From Pseudobdellovibrionaceae bacterium (GTDB lineage: Bacteria > Bdellovibrionota > Bdellovibrionia > Bdellovibrionales > Bdellovibrionaceae), in contig JBIKLL010000057.1 in NCBI GenBank assembly GCA_044359815.1, forward strand, positions 1 through 18,030: 18,030 bases of DNA. The letters are read 5' to 3'. Each line of letters begins with the position of its first letter. Position 1 is the stretch's first letter. Positions 5,764 to 15,449 of this stretch are shown in pieces. Both the position numbers and the translations under genes were made by a program. The notes beneath the pieces are model-generated. The model did no database searches and was not told the DNA's origin. It saw only the letters and a list, made by a program, of their open reading frames with translations.

Positions 5764-5792
5764 AGTGTGCGACTAATGGATTTTAGGGTCAA
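5764..5792 (-). promoter_or_regulatory. candidate sigma70 promoter of fadE
   Basis: TTGACC-17 nt-CACACT on minus. Confidence 0.4.
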
Positions 5793-5793
5793 T

Positions 5794-6669
5794 CTAGTTC
5801 TGACATTTAGGACACCAATAGACAGAGCGGCCCGTTAAGATTTTGTGTTTTATTTTTGTGTTACACAGGACACAGTTTTGCCCTTTGCGATCGTAAACCT
5901 GATGGCGATTCTGAAAATCCCCCTTTATCCCATCCACCGAATGAAAATCATCAATACTTGACCCACCGGCCAGTATGGATTCAGCTAAAATTTCTCGAAT
6001 GTGCTTAAGCAACAGGCTGACATGACTCATCTTAAGTCTAGCGGCTGGCTTGAGTGGATTAATTTGTGCCCTAAACAGCGCTTCCGAAGCGTAGATGTTT
6101 CCCACTCCACACAACACACTTTGATCCAACAAAACATTGCGAATGGGGCTTTGCTTGTTGCTGATTTTTTGAAAAACTTCCGAATCGATGTTTTGCTGCA
6201 ACAGGGGATCAGGCCCCAAAATCTTATAAAATCTGTTTTGCCCTAAACTGTCGGCCAAACACACGTCCACGTATCCAAACCTGCGCGGATCATTATAAAT
6301 AAAATAGCGGTTAGCGATTTTTAAAAACAAATGATCGTGGTTTTTCAAATCTGGCTGCTGTTGCACACGCCAGTTGCCCGTCATTCCTAAATGCGACAGT
6401 ATCACATGATTTTCGAATTCAAAAATCAGATATTTACCCTTGCGATTAATGGTCAGAAGTTTTTCACCAATCAATTTTTTGAGACTCTTGCCGGGAATTC
6501 TGAATCTTAAATCAGGTCTAAATAATTTCACTTCTTGCAGGAAAGATTGCGACGTATTTTTTAAATCAATATTTGCCTGATGATTATTCTGCAAATCCGA
6601 ATCTGATTTTAAACTAAGATTTTTTAAAAGTCCCTGTCGGACGATTTCGACTTCTGCTAATTCTGGCAT
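5794..6669 (-). CDS. mutM: formamidopyrimidine-DNA glycosylase / AP lyase (Fpg)
   Basis: N-terminal MPELAEVE, RKGKYL, HLGMTG, DPRRFG, H2TH motif GVGNIYASEALF and a C-terminal CxxC...CxxC zinc finger. Confidence 0.96.
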   Translation of the reverse strand: MPELAEVEIVRQGLLKNLSLKSDSDLQNNHQANIDLKNTSQSFLQEVKLFRPDLRFRIPGKSLKKLIGEKLLTINRKGKYLIFEFENHVILSHLGMTGNWRVQQQPDLKNHDHLFLKIANRYFIYNDPRRFGYVDVCLADSLGQNRFYKILGPDPLLQQNIDSEVFQKISNKQSPIRNVLLDQSVLCGVGNIYASEALFRAQINPLKPAARLKMSHVSLLLKHIREILAESILAGGSSIDDFHSVDGIKGDFQNRHQVYDRKGQNCVLCNTKIKHKILTGRSVYWCPKCQN

Positions 6670-6777
6670 TGGGCTTATGTAAACTAGGGTTTTAGAAATG
6701 ACAAATTAAAGTCTTCCAAAAAAGGCGCTTTTCTTTGTTCTGAATTAATCCTATTAATTCCCTGATTCCAATTGAGG

Positions 6778-7821
6778 CTAAAATGTCTTGGCGTCGATGA
6801 CAAAGCGGTATTTAACTTGGCTTTTTAGAACCCTCTCGTAGGCTTCGTTGATTTTATCAGCCCCGATCAACTCGATGTCTGAGAAAACTTTTTTCTTGGC
6901 GCAAAAATCCAACATCTCCTGAGTTTCCTTGATCCCACCAATTAATGAACCGGTTAAACGCTTACGCCCGCCGATCAATGAAAATGCCGCAATTTTTGCT
7001 GGCTCTGGCGGCACACCCACAAGCACCATGGTTCCATCGATTTTTAGCGCTGCTAAATAAGGCGCAAAATCATGAACCGCCGATACTGTGTCAATTATCA
7101 AATCAAAATAAAACTGCAATTTTGAAAAATTATTTAAATCTTTTGAATACACAAAATGTTTTGCACCTAATTTTTTAGCATCGCTTTGTTTGTCCATCGA
7201 AGTGCTGAACACCGTGACTTCAGCCCCCATGGCCTTTGCCAATTTTACGGCCATGTGCCCAAGCCCACCCAATCCAACCACGCCGACCTTGGAACCCTTT
7301 TTGGTATTGTAACGTTTTAGTGGCGAATACGTTGTAATGCCCGCGCACAGCAACGGAGCAATACGCTCAAGAGGCTGGCCCTTTTTGATTTTCAGAGTGT
7401 ACTTTTCCTTGACCGTGATGTGAGTGGAATACCCCCCAAAGGTAGGAGTCTTATTATCCATTTCGGTGCTGTTGTAGGTGAACACACATTTTTTCTGGCA
7501 AAACTGTTCTTCGTTGGATTTGCAGCTTTCGCATTTGCCACAAGAATCCACGAAACACCCAACGCCGGCCGAATCACCAATTTTAAATTTTTTGACTTTT
7601 TTCCCAACCCTAATGACCTGTCCCACAATTTCGTGACCAGGCACGCAGGGATAAGCAGTCGGTCCCCATTCGCTGCGTGCAGTGTGGATATCCGAATGAC
7701 AGATTCCACAGTGGGATATCTGAATCACCACATCGTCAGGATTGGGTTCTCGCCTTTCGATTGTAATTGGCTGCAAAGGACTGGTTGCGGATTTATTGGC
7801 GAAGGCTTTTGTTTGTATCAT
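6778..7821 (-). CDS. Zn-dependent NAD(P)-dependent alcohol dehydrogenase (cinnamyl alcohol dehydrogenase / YahK-like)
   Basis: CGICHSD, PGHEIVG, structural-Zn CxxCxxC...C, APLLCAGITTYSPL, GLGGLGHM and YRFVID. Confidence 0.95.
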   Translation of the reverse strand: MIQTKAFANKSATSPLQPITIERREPNPDDVVIQISHCGICHSDIHTARSEWGPTAYPCVPGHEIVGQVIRVGKKVKKFKIGDSAGVGCFVDSCGKCESCKSNEEQFCQKKCVFTYNSTEMDNKTPTFGGYSTHITVKEKYTLKIKKGQPLERIAPLLCAGITTYSPLKRYNTKKGSKVGVVGLGGLGHMAVKLAKAMGAEVTVFSTSMDKQSDAKKLGAKHFVYSKDLNNFSKLQFYFDLIIDTVSAVHDFAPYLAALKIDGTMVLVGVPPEPAKIAAFSLIGGRKRLTGSLIGGIKETQEMLDFCAKKKVFSDIELIGADKINEAYERVLKSQVKYRFVIDAKTF

Positions 7822-7827
7822 GCGCGC

Positions 7828-7899
7828 AGACTAATTTGATTTTTTTTAAAACTCAAGCCCCAGCACTTTGTTGACATTGAGTCAGAACTGACAAATAGT
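7828..7899. promoter_or_regulatory. divergent sigma70 promoters, both close to their start codons
   Basis: Minus: TTGAGT(7856-7851)-17-TAGTCT(7833-7828)-6 nt-ATG. Plus: TTGACA(7871-7876)-17-AATAGT(7894-7899)-10 nt-ATG. Neither gene has an SD. Confidence 0.5.
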
Positions 7900-7909
7900 T
7901 TTCAGTCTG

Positions 7910-8608
7910 ATGTCACAACGTAAAGAAAATGGCTTTATAAATATCATCGTCAATGTCGTGATTCCGGTTTTTGTGCTGAACAAACTGTCAGAAAAACTGG
8001 GACCTGGAAACGCCCTGATTCTGGCGCTGATGTTCCCTTTGGGGTACGGGATTTATGACTGGATTTACCGCAAAAAAATCAACGCCATTTCAGCCCTGGG
8101 CTTGCTGAATGTGACCATCACTGGCGGATTGGCCCTGCTGGGTTTGGGTGGAATTTGGTTTTCACTCAAAGAGGCCGCCTTCCCGTTGTTGATTGGGATT
8201 TTTGTTTGGTTTTCAGCCAATTCTGAAAATCCTTTTATAAAAATGCTTTTAATCAATCCACAGGTCATGCATGTTGATAAAATTGAATCAAAGCTGAAAG
8301 AGCTCAATAACCAATCACTGTTTATGCAACATTTGTCGACATCCACCCGACTACTGGCCCTATCGTTTTTTATCTCTGCTGTTTTTAATTTCACCTTGGC
8401 GCAGTTTATCTTCCTGCCCTTGCCTGAGGGACTGCCTCAAACAGAAAAATCATTGCTGCTTAATCAACAGATAGCGCAAATGACTTCATGGTCATTTTTG
8501 GTGATTATGGTGCCTTCGATGCTGTTTTTGATTTTTATTTTTTATCATTTGCTCAATGGCATTAAAAAACTCACTCAACTGACTATGGAAGACATCGTCA
8601 GAAACTAA
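7910..8608 (+). CDS. integral membrane protein, VC0807-family-like
   Basis: About 6 TM helices. 'NIIVNVVIPVFVLNKLS', 'ALMFPLGYG', 'KEAAFPLLIG' and 'SFFISAVFNFTLA' resemble that family as I recall it. Confidence 0.75.
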   Translation: MSQRKENGFINIIVNVVIPVFVLNKLSEKLGPGNALILALMFPLGYGIYDWIYRKKINAISALGLLNVTITGGLALLGLGGIWFSLKEAAFPLLIGIFVWFSANSENPFIKMLLINPQVMHVDKIESKLKELNNQSLFMQHLSTSTRLLALSFFISAVFNFTLAQFIFLPLPEGLPQTEKSLLLNQQIAQMTSWSFLVIMVPSMLFLIFIFYHLLNGIKKLTQLTMEDIVRN

Positions 8609-8612
8609 CTTA

Positions 8613-8913
8613 AAAAGAGACCGTACAACTTTTTCTGTCTACACCGCAGAATGAAATCAAAAACTTATAAAGCCAAAACTGCAATTTCAAAAAAAATAAT
8701 ATTACTTTGCAGTCTTAAAAGCGAGTTCGGACGTGAAGCTGCGCGGATGCCTTAAATGCTTTGATTGCACGAATGCGCGCATCTTTGCGCCCGCTGTTTG
8801 AGTTTTTAAGACTGCAAAGTAATATTATTTTTAGAAATTGCAGTTTTGGCTTTTATATTCTTTAGACCGTTTTATCCTGCGGTGTAGACAGAAAAAGTCG
8901 TACGGTCTCTTTT
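8613..8913. repeat. long-hairpin repeat element, copy B (301 bp), filling a convergent intergenic gap
   Basis: Outer arms 8613-8656 and 8870-8913 match at 41/44; inner arms ~8669-8722 and 8802-8853 are near perfect. Core blocks match copy A at 28/28 and 37/38. Confidence 0.92.
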
Positions 8914-9614
8914 CAGAAATCATCATCTATGATCGGTGGCGGTGGGATTTCATCAAAATCTCCCATTGGCGGCGGTGGCGGTGGCGGAATGTCGGGTTCA
9001 AAAAACTCTGGCGCAGGTGGTGGCGGTGGTGCTGATTCAGAATAACTGGGCGGTACATAGGATCCACCGGATGATCCTGTTGGCCCCCCAGATCCTGTGG
9101 TGCCCAGCTTAAATTTACTCATCCAATTAGTTTTGCCATAAAGCGACCGTTTTTCTGGATCTGCCCTGTCTTTATCCTGATCCAATCCGTATTCGGTTTC
9201 AGGGCTTAGCTTGACAGCTTCGGCTTTCTCCCGCGCACGCTTGCGCTGTTCTGAATACTGCCGTTGTCTGGCCTGTTGAGCTTCCCATTTTTTGTATCTG
9301 ACTTCGCGATCTGCTTTATACTCTGGCCCCGTATCGTCTACGGACTTTTTTTGCTTTTTGCGATCAATCTGGTGCTGAATGATGGCTTTTTTTTGTTGCT
9401 CATCCCATTTTGCTTTTGATTTGCGAACATCAGCGGCCCCTGATTCGCGAGCCTTATCAAAATTTTTATTAGCCTTTTGCTTTTCTTGAAAGCCCTTAAG
9501 TCGTTGAGATTCAGAAAACAAGGGCTCAAAAGTTTCTGCAGCCAATGTCACCGAACAATTGCTAATGATGAAAATCAAAAAAAAGGCTTTCACAGGCTTC
9601 AGAATAAGAGTCAT
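8913..9614 (-). CDS. hypothetical secreted protein: charged coiled coil, Gly/Ser linker, poly-Pro/acidic tail
   Basis: Hydrophobic N-terminus ending ...SVTLA, a K/R/E/Q-rich helix and tail PPPPPPAPEFFEPDIPPPPPPPMGDFDEIPPPPIIDDDF. Confidence 0.8.
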   Translation of the reverse strand: MTLILKPVKAFFLIFIISNCSVTLAAETFEPLFSESQRLKGFQEKQKANKNFDKARESGAADVRKSKAKWDEQQKKAIIQHQIDRKKQKKSVDDTGPEYKADREVRYKKWEAQQARQRQYSEQRKRAREKAEAVKLSPETEYGLDQDKDRADPEKRSLYGKTNWMSKFKLGTTGSGGPTGSSGGSYVPPSYSESAPPPPPAPEFFEPDIPPPPPPPMGDFDEIPPPPIIDDDF

Positions 9615-9678
9615 TGCCGCACCCTACAAGAGCTTTCCTACTGGACCTTTCATAGATTCTGTATGATAGTCGCCGCCT

Positions 9679-10680
9679 ATGACTGAAGTCCTGATATTTT
9701 TAGCCAAGTTTGCCATTACTTTTGTTTTTTTAGCGGCTCTGATTTTGCTGATCGCAATGATTGTTTACAAAAGCTCTCATAAATCAGAAATGGATTTGGA
9801 ATTACTGAATGATAAATATGATGATTTCAAAACGGCTTTGCATTCTTTCACGATGCAAAAGTCAGAATTTAAAAAGGAAAAAAAGAAACTTAAAAAAGAC
9901 CGCAAAAAAGTCGAAGATTTTAAAAACACAGTTTTTGTCATTGATTTTAAAGGCGACATCAAAGCTTCTCAAACAGAGAATTTACGAGAAGAGGTCACGG
10001 CCGTTTTGCAAGTCGCCACCCCTACTGATGAAGTTGTGATCAAGATTGAAAGCCCTGGAGGTGTCGTACATGGGTATGGACATGCAGCTTCGCAACTTCA
10101 GCGCATCCGAGAAATCAATATCCCATTAACGGTTTGTGTTGATGAAGTTGCTGCCAGTGGCGGCTACTTGATGGCTTGCGTTGGCAATAAAATTTTGGCT
10201 TCGCCCTTTGCCATTGTAGGATCCATTGGGGTTTTGGCTCAGGTGCCCAATCTAAATCGATTGCTTAAAAAATATGATGTGGATTTCAAGGAATACACGG
10301 CGGGCGAATACAAACGAACTGTGACTATGCTGGGCGAAATCACCCCGCAGAAAGAGCAAAAATTTATTGAAAGACTGCAGGACACCCACGTTTTGTTTAA
10401 GGATTTTGTCCTTAAGAACCGCCCCCAGATGGATTTAGCCAAAGTTGCCACGGGGGATTTTTGGTTTGGCGAAGAGGCTATAAAACTGGGACTGATTGAT
10501 CAAATCAAAACCAGTGATGATTATTTGATGAGCAAAGCAGCTGAAAAGTCTCGCATCTTAAAAATCAAAATCGCTCACAAAAAACCATTAACAGACAAGT
10601 TATCAGACCTTGTGGGCAAGGCTTTGAAGCAAGCTCTGGAAGCGACTTTGCATCCCTTGAACAATCTAAAATTTCCTTAA
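9679..10680 (+). CDS. sohB: protease SohB (peptidase S49)
   Basis: N-terminal TM, FKGDIKAS, ESPGGVVHGYG, VAASGGYLMAC, GSIGV and TAGEYKRT. Confidence 0.95.
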   Translation: MTEVLIFLAKFAITFVFLAALILLIAMIVYKSSHKSEMDLELLNDKYDDFKTALHSFTMQKSEFKKEKKKLKKDRKKVEDFKNTVFVIDFKGDIKASQTENLREEVTAVLQVATPTDEVVIKIESPGGVVHGYGHAASQLQRIREINIPLTVCVDEVAASGGYLMACVGNKILASPFAIVGSIGVLAQVPNLNRLLKKYDVDFKEYTAGEYKRTVTMLGEITPQKEQKFIERLQDTHVLFKDFVLKNRPQMDLAKVATGDFWFGEEAIKLGLIDQIKTSDDYLMSKAAEKSRILKIKIAHKKPLTDKLSDLVGKALKQALEATLHPLNNLKFP

Positions 10681-10761
10681 AGAATTGTTTTCTTTGCATT
10701 TTATTTTTGTACAGGTTAGACCTTTCTTGTGTTTTGCAAACAATGGAGGAGGGGCCAAGCG

Positions 10762-11742
10762 TTGCAAGAAACAATTCTCAAGGTTGAAAACCTCGAAACA
10801 ACATTTTTTTCTAAACTCGGCGCATTCAAGGCTGTTAATAATCTATCCTACGAAATTAAAAAAGGTGAAACCCTGGGAATTGTGGGGGAATCCGGCTGCG
10901 GAAAATCCGTCACTTCTTTTTCGTTAATGCGTTTGATTGAAAAGCCTGGTCGCATCACTCAAGGCAAAGCCATCCTGAAGGGTCGTGATTTGTTGTCACT
11001 GCCGATGGAAACCATGCAACAGGTTCGTGGTGGCGATATGGCTATGATTTTTCAAGAGCCCATGACAGCTTTGAATCCAGTATTGACCATTGGTGATCAA
11101 ATAGACGAACAATTTATCCGTCACAAAAAGGTTTCTAAGGCCGAGGCCAAAGACCGCTCCATTGAGATGTTAAAACTGGTGGGAATTCCGTCACCCGAAA
11201 GTCGCTACACTAATTATCCTCATCAATTGTCGGGCGGCATGCGACAGCGAGCTATGATTGCCATGGCACTTTCCTGTGATCCCAGCTTGCTGATCGCCGA
11301 TGAACCTACAACAGCTTTAGATGTGACCATACAAGCACAAATTTTAGAACTGATTCAGAATCTGCAAGAAAAATTTAAAATGACAGTGCAGTTTATCACT
11401 CACGATTTGGGCGTGATATCCGAGGTCAGTGACCGCGTGATGGTTATGTATGGCGGGCAAATGTGTGAAAGCGCAAAAGCCCAAGATATTTTCAAACATC
11501 CTCTGCATCCTTACACTCATGCATTGATTTCGTCGCGACCCAAGTTTGGGCAAAGGGTCGCAAGGCTGAGCACTATTGAAGGATCAGTGCCTGCACCTCA
11601 CGAATTGCCAAAAGGTTGTCCGTTTTTTAACAGATGCCCCAAGGCGCAAAATCACTGTCAGCATGAACGACCACCAATAACCAATTTATCAAAAGACCCT
11701 AGCAGTCCCCATCTGGTGGCCTGCTTTCACCCAATGGATTAA
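10762..11742 (+). CDS. oppD: oligopeptide/dipeptide ABC transporter ATP-binding subunit (OppD/DppD type)
   Basis: Walker [31 protein letters not shown] and a C-terminal Cys motif. Likely start is TTG at 10762 after GGAGGAGGGG. Confidence 0.93.
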   Translation: MQETILKVENLETTFFSKLGAFKAVNNLSYEIKKGETLGIVGESGCGKSVTSFSLMRLIEKPGRITQGKAILKGRDLLSLPMETMQQVRGGDMAMIFQEPMTALNPVLTIGDQIDEQFIRHKKVSKAEAKDRSIEMLKLVGIPSPESRYTNYPHQLSGGMRQRAMIAMALSCDPSLLIADEPTTALDVTIQAQILELIQNLQEKFKMTVQFITHDLGVISEVSDRVMVMYGGQMCESAKAQDIFKHPLHPYTHALISSRPKFGQRVARLSTIEGSVPAPHELPKGCPFFNRCPKAQNHCQHERPPITNLSKDPSSPHLVACFHPMD

Positions 11743-11743
11743 G

Positions 11744-12733
11744 ATGGAAACAATTTTAGAAGTTAAAAATCTTAAAAAATACTTCCCGATCAAAAAGGGT
11801 TTACTGCTGAAAGAAGTCGGGCAAGTCAAAGCCGTCGATGATGTGAGCTTTTTCGTTAAAAAAGGCGAAACCCTGGGCTTAGTCGGCGAATCCGGTTGCG
11901 GCAAATCCACTTTGGGCAGAACCTTGATCAGATTATATGAACCCACAGGTGGTCAGGTTTCATTTAAGGGCAATGATTTTTTAAAAATCAGTGGAACAGA
12001 ACTGCGCAATCAGCGAAAAGATTTGCAGATGATTTTTCAAGATCCCTTTGCATCCCTGGATCCACGAATGACTGTGGGCAGGATTTTGGCTCAGCCTTTT
12101 GATATTCATACCAAGATGAATGCCGAAGAAATCGAAGATCGTATCAAAGAACTGCTGGCAATCGTTGGTTTAAAACCGTCTCATATAAATCGCTATCCGC
12201 ACGAATTTTCTGGCGGGCAAAGACAACGCATCTGTATTGCCAGGGCCATTGCCCTGAATCCAAGCCTGATCATCGCTGATGAACCTGTCAGCGCTTTGGA
12301 TGTTTCAATCCAGGCTCAGATTTTAAATTTGCTGAAAGACCTTCAGCAAAAACTGGATTTAACTTATGTTTTTATTTCTCATGATCTGTCTGTCATCGAG
12401 CATCTGTGTGATCGGATTGCTGTGATGTATTTGGGAAAAATAGTCGAAATCGCTTCACGCGACGAACTGTTTGCAGCCCCTAAACATCCTTACACTCAAG
12501 CTCTGCTGGCAGCTATCCCTAGGGTGGGTGAAGGCAAAAAGAAAATAACAAAATCACTGAGCGGGGAAGTTCCCAGTCCTATCAATCCCCCCTCAGGATG
12601 TGCCTTTCACCCCAGATGTTCTAAGAAAATTGAGCCTTGCAATAAATTGCAACCTCAATTGTCAGGGAAACAAGATCATAAAACAGCTTGCTGGCTTTAT
12701 GACGAAAAAAACCCTGAGCGAATGGTAACGTAA
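11744..12733 (+). CDS. oppF: oligopeptide/dipeptide ABC transporter ATP-binding subunit (OppF/DppF type)
   Basis: [35 protein letters not shown] and GCAFHPRC. Confidence 0.93.
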   Translation: METILEVKNLKKYFPIKKGLLLKEVGQVKAVDDVSFFVKKGETLGLVGESGCGKSTLGRTLIRLYEPTGGQVSFKGNDFLKISGTELRNQRKDLQMIFQDPFASLDPRMTVGRILAQPFDIHTKMNAEEIEDRIKELLAIVGLKPSHINRYPHEFSGGQRQRICIARAIALNPSLIIADEPVSALDVSIQAQILNLLKDLQQKLDLTYVFISHDLSVIEHLCDRIAVMYLGKIVEIASRDELFAAPKHPYTQALLAAIPRVGEGKKKITKSLSGEVPSPINPPSGCAFHPRCSKKIEPCNKLQPQLSGKQDHKTACWLYDEKNPERMVT

Positions 12734-12776
12734 TAAAACTCAAGACTGAGTCTTGAAAAGTAAAAGGAGTTTATCA

Positions 12777-14471
12777 ATGAAAACAGTTTTAAGATTTTTA
12801 ATACCGATGGTTTTACTGTCGCTGACGGCCCAAGCCGCTCCGACAAAAATGACCAATGAAGAATTCAAAATTGGAATCAGCCAAGAGTTTGAAACTTTAA
12901 ACCCTATGATTATGCAAATGGTTGCATCCAATTATTTGTACAGCATGGTTGGCAGATCGTTTGTAACCATGGATACAAATGGGAAATGGGTCCCGCAATT
13001 GGCAAAAACCATCCCCAGTTTGGAAAATGGATTAGCCAAAATCACAACGGTGGCTGGCAAAAAAACCCTGACTGCAGTTTGGGAAATCCAAGACAAAGCT
13101 CAATGGGGCGACGGAACTCCGCTAACCTGTGCGGATTTTCAGTTTTCCCGTGAAGTGGCTGAAAACAATAACGTCAGCCTAGGCTCAAAAGAAAACTACA
13201 CCATGGTTGCGAAAATTGATTTTGACCCTGCACTTCCTAAAAAATGCACATTAACCTACGACAAACCCAGATGGGATTTTTATCAAATGCCACAGTTTTT
13301 CCCTCTGCCTAGGCACTTGGAAGAGCCCGTTTACAAAAAATATGGAAACGAAAAAGAAGGCTACGAAAAAAATTCGAACTACAACAAAAACCCAACGCTT
13401 GAGGGTTTGTACAACGGCCCTTACAAAGTCGCAGAAGTTAAATTGGGAAGCCACATTGCATTTGCACCCAATCCTAAATTTTGGGGCGAACAACCTAAAA
13501 TCAAAAAAGTTATTGTAAAAATAATTCCAAACACAGCAACATTGGAAGCCAACTTAAGATCAGGCACTATTGATACTGTGGCTTCATTAGGATTTACTTT
13601 TGACCAAGCGATTTCGTTTGAGAAAAAAGTCAAATCAGAAGGCCTTCCCTACAATGTGTTATTTAAACCAAGCCTGACCTATGAACACATTGATTTAAAC
13701 TTGGACAATCCAATTTTAAAAGATGTGAAAGTCCGCAAAGCCTTAGTTTACGCCTTGAACCGACAAGAATTAGTTCAAGCACTCTTTAATGGCAAACAAC
13801 CTGCGGCCATTCACAATTTAGCTACCATTGATCCTTGGTACACAGCTGACCCTAAAAAAATTGTGATTTACAATTACGACAAGAAAAAATCGGGTCAATT
13901 GCTGGATGAAGCTGGCTGGAAACTGGGACCTGATGGTTACAGATACAAAGAAGGTCAAAAACTCTCATTACAATTAATAACTACTGCTGGAAACAAAGTC
14001 CGCGAAACAGTGCAGACCTTTTTACAGAGCCAATGGAAGTCCGTTGGTGTTGAAATTGCTCTGAAGACAGAACCAGCCCGAGTGTTTTTTGGCGAAACTA
14101 TGAACAAAAGAAAATATTCTGCCATGGGCATGTATGCTTGGGTTTCTTCACCTGAGAGCAATCAAAAACCTCAGTTTCATTCAAGCAACATACCGTCTGA
14201 AAAAAATGGTTTTTCAGGTCAAAACCAACCGGGCTGGAGAAACCCCAAGGTGGATGAATTAACAGAAAAAATTGAAGTTGAGTTTGATCCCAAAAAACGA
14301 GCTGAATTAGCGCAAAAGATTTTGTGGCATTACACAGACGATGTGCCCGTGATTCCATTGTATTACAGATCTGACATTGCTGTGGTCCCAACGGCTCTGA
14401 AAAACTTTGCTTTGCCTGGACATCAATTTTCTGAAACCAATTCTATTGAAGGGTGGACGATTCAACAATGA
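12777..14471 (+). CDS. oppA: peptide ABC transporter substrate-binding protein (family 5)
   Basis: ATG at 12777 after AAGGAG, signal peptide ending AQA, WGDGTPLT, NGPYKV, VRKAL...LNRQ and LLDEAGW. Confidence 0.92.
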   Translation: MKTVLRFLIPMVLLSLTAQAAPTKMTNEEFKIGISQEFETLNPMIMQMVASNYLYSMVGRSFVTMDTNGKWVPQLAKTIPSLENGLAKITTVAGKKTLTAVWEIQDKAQWGDGTPLTCADFQFSREVAENNNVSLGSKENYTMVAKIDFDPALPKKCTLTYDKPRWDFYQMPQFFPLPRHLEEPVYKKYGNEKEGYEKNSNYNKNPTLEGLYNGPYKVAEVKLGSHIAFAPNPKFWGEQPKIKKVIVKIIPNTATLEANLRSGTIDTVASLGFTFDQAISFEKKVKSEGLPYNVLFKPSLTYEHIDLNLDNPILKDVKVRKALVYALNRQELVQALFNGKQPAAIHNLATIDPWYTADPKKIVIYNYDKKKSGQLLDEAGWKLGPDGYRYKEGQKLSLQLITTAGNKVRETVQTFLQSQWKSVGVEIALKTEPARVFFGETMNKRKYSAMGMYAWVSSPESNQKPQFHSSNIPSEKNGFSGQNQPGWRNPKVDELTEKIEVEFDPKKRAELAQKILWHYTDDVPVIPLYYRSDIAVVPTALKNFALPGHQFSETNSIEGWTIQQ

Positions 14472-15439
14472 GTACCTACATCACTCGACGATTGATTCAA
14501 ACTTTAGTGGTCATAGTAGTCTTGAGCTATTTTTTGTTCTACATTATGACCCTTATGCCAGGGGATCCTGTTGAACTGTTGATCCAATCTAATCCCAAGA
14601 TCACATCTGCCGATATCGCCAGATTGAAATCCTTGTATGGATTGGATCAACCCGTGTACATGAGGTACCTTAACTGGGCACAGACAATTGTTTCGGGTGA
14701 TTTTGGATATTCTAGGACCTATCGTATACCAGTGGGTGAACTGATGGGACCCAAACTGGTCAACACTTTCTTTTTGTCCTTGGGATCTTTGACCCTAGCT
14801 CTATTGATCAGCATTCCCTTAGGGATTTTAACTGCCTTGCGACCCAACACCAAAATTGATTATTTGGTAAACTTTTTTTCCTTTGCGGGAATTTCAGTGC
14901 CCTCATTTTGGTTAGGAATCGTTTTAATCATTATTTTTTCTGTGTGGTTTCAAATTTTACCGGCCGGAGGGACATACACAATTGGGATAGACAATGCCCC
15001 TCTGTTGGACCAAATCCTGGATCGCATTAAATATTTAATTTTACCAACAATGGCGCTTTCATATTTGCAGATTGGCAGATTTGTCAGATTCACCCGCTCT
15101 GCTATGGCAGAGGCCATGAGAAATGATTTTATCAGAACAGCTCGCGCAAAAGGCTTATCTGAAAAACAGGTGATTTGGAGACATGGCTTTAGAAATGCTT
15201 TGTTGCCGTTAATTACAATATTAGCACTTAGCTTTTCATCTTTGTTTTCAGGAGCTCTGATTACAGAAACAGTGTTTGCTTACCAAGGCGTGGGCAAATT
15301 GGTTTATGACTCGATAATTGCCAATGATTTTAATGTGGCGATGGTGAGCTTTATAATTTCGGTAACTATGGTCTTAACAATGAATTTAGTGGCGGATATT
15401 TTATATGCATTTGCAGACCCAAGAATCACCTACTCGTGA
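14468..15439 (+). CDS. oppB: peptide ABC transporter permease (OppB/DppB type)
   Basis: ATGA overlap with the oppA stop; MPGDP, GLDQP, GDFGYS and the EAA-loop motif DFIRTARAKGL. Confidence 0.93.
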   Translation: MSTYITRRLIQTLVVIVVLSYFLFYIMTLMPGDPVELLIQSNPKITSADIARLKSLYGLDQPVYMRYLNWAQTIVSGDFGYSRTYRIPVGELMGPKLVNTFFLSLGSLTLALLISIPLGILTALRPNTKIDYLVNFFSFAGISVPSFWLGIVLIIIFSVWFQILPAGGTYTIGIDNAPLLDQILDRIKYLILPTMALSYLQIGRFVRFTRSAMAEAMRNDFIRTARAKGLSEKQVIWRHGFRNALLPLITILALSFSSLFSGALITETVFAYQGVGKLVYDSIIANDFNVAMVSFIISVTMVLTMNLVADILYAFADPRITYS

Positions 15440-15449
15440 GGTGAATAAA

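Noticed and set aside
3105..8809. Repeat-variable-repeat core read as a CRISPR array
   Set aside because: The two flanking blocks are complementary rather than direct repeats, the copies are 5.6 kb apart, and no cas genes are present.
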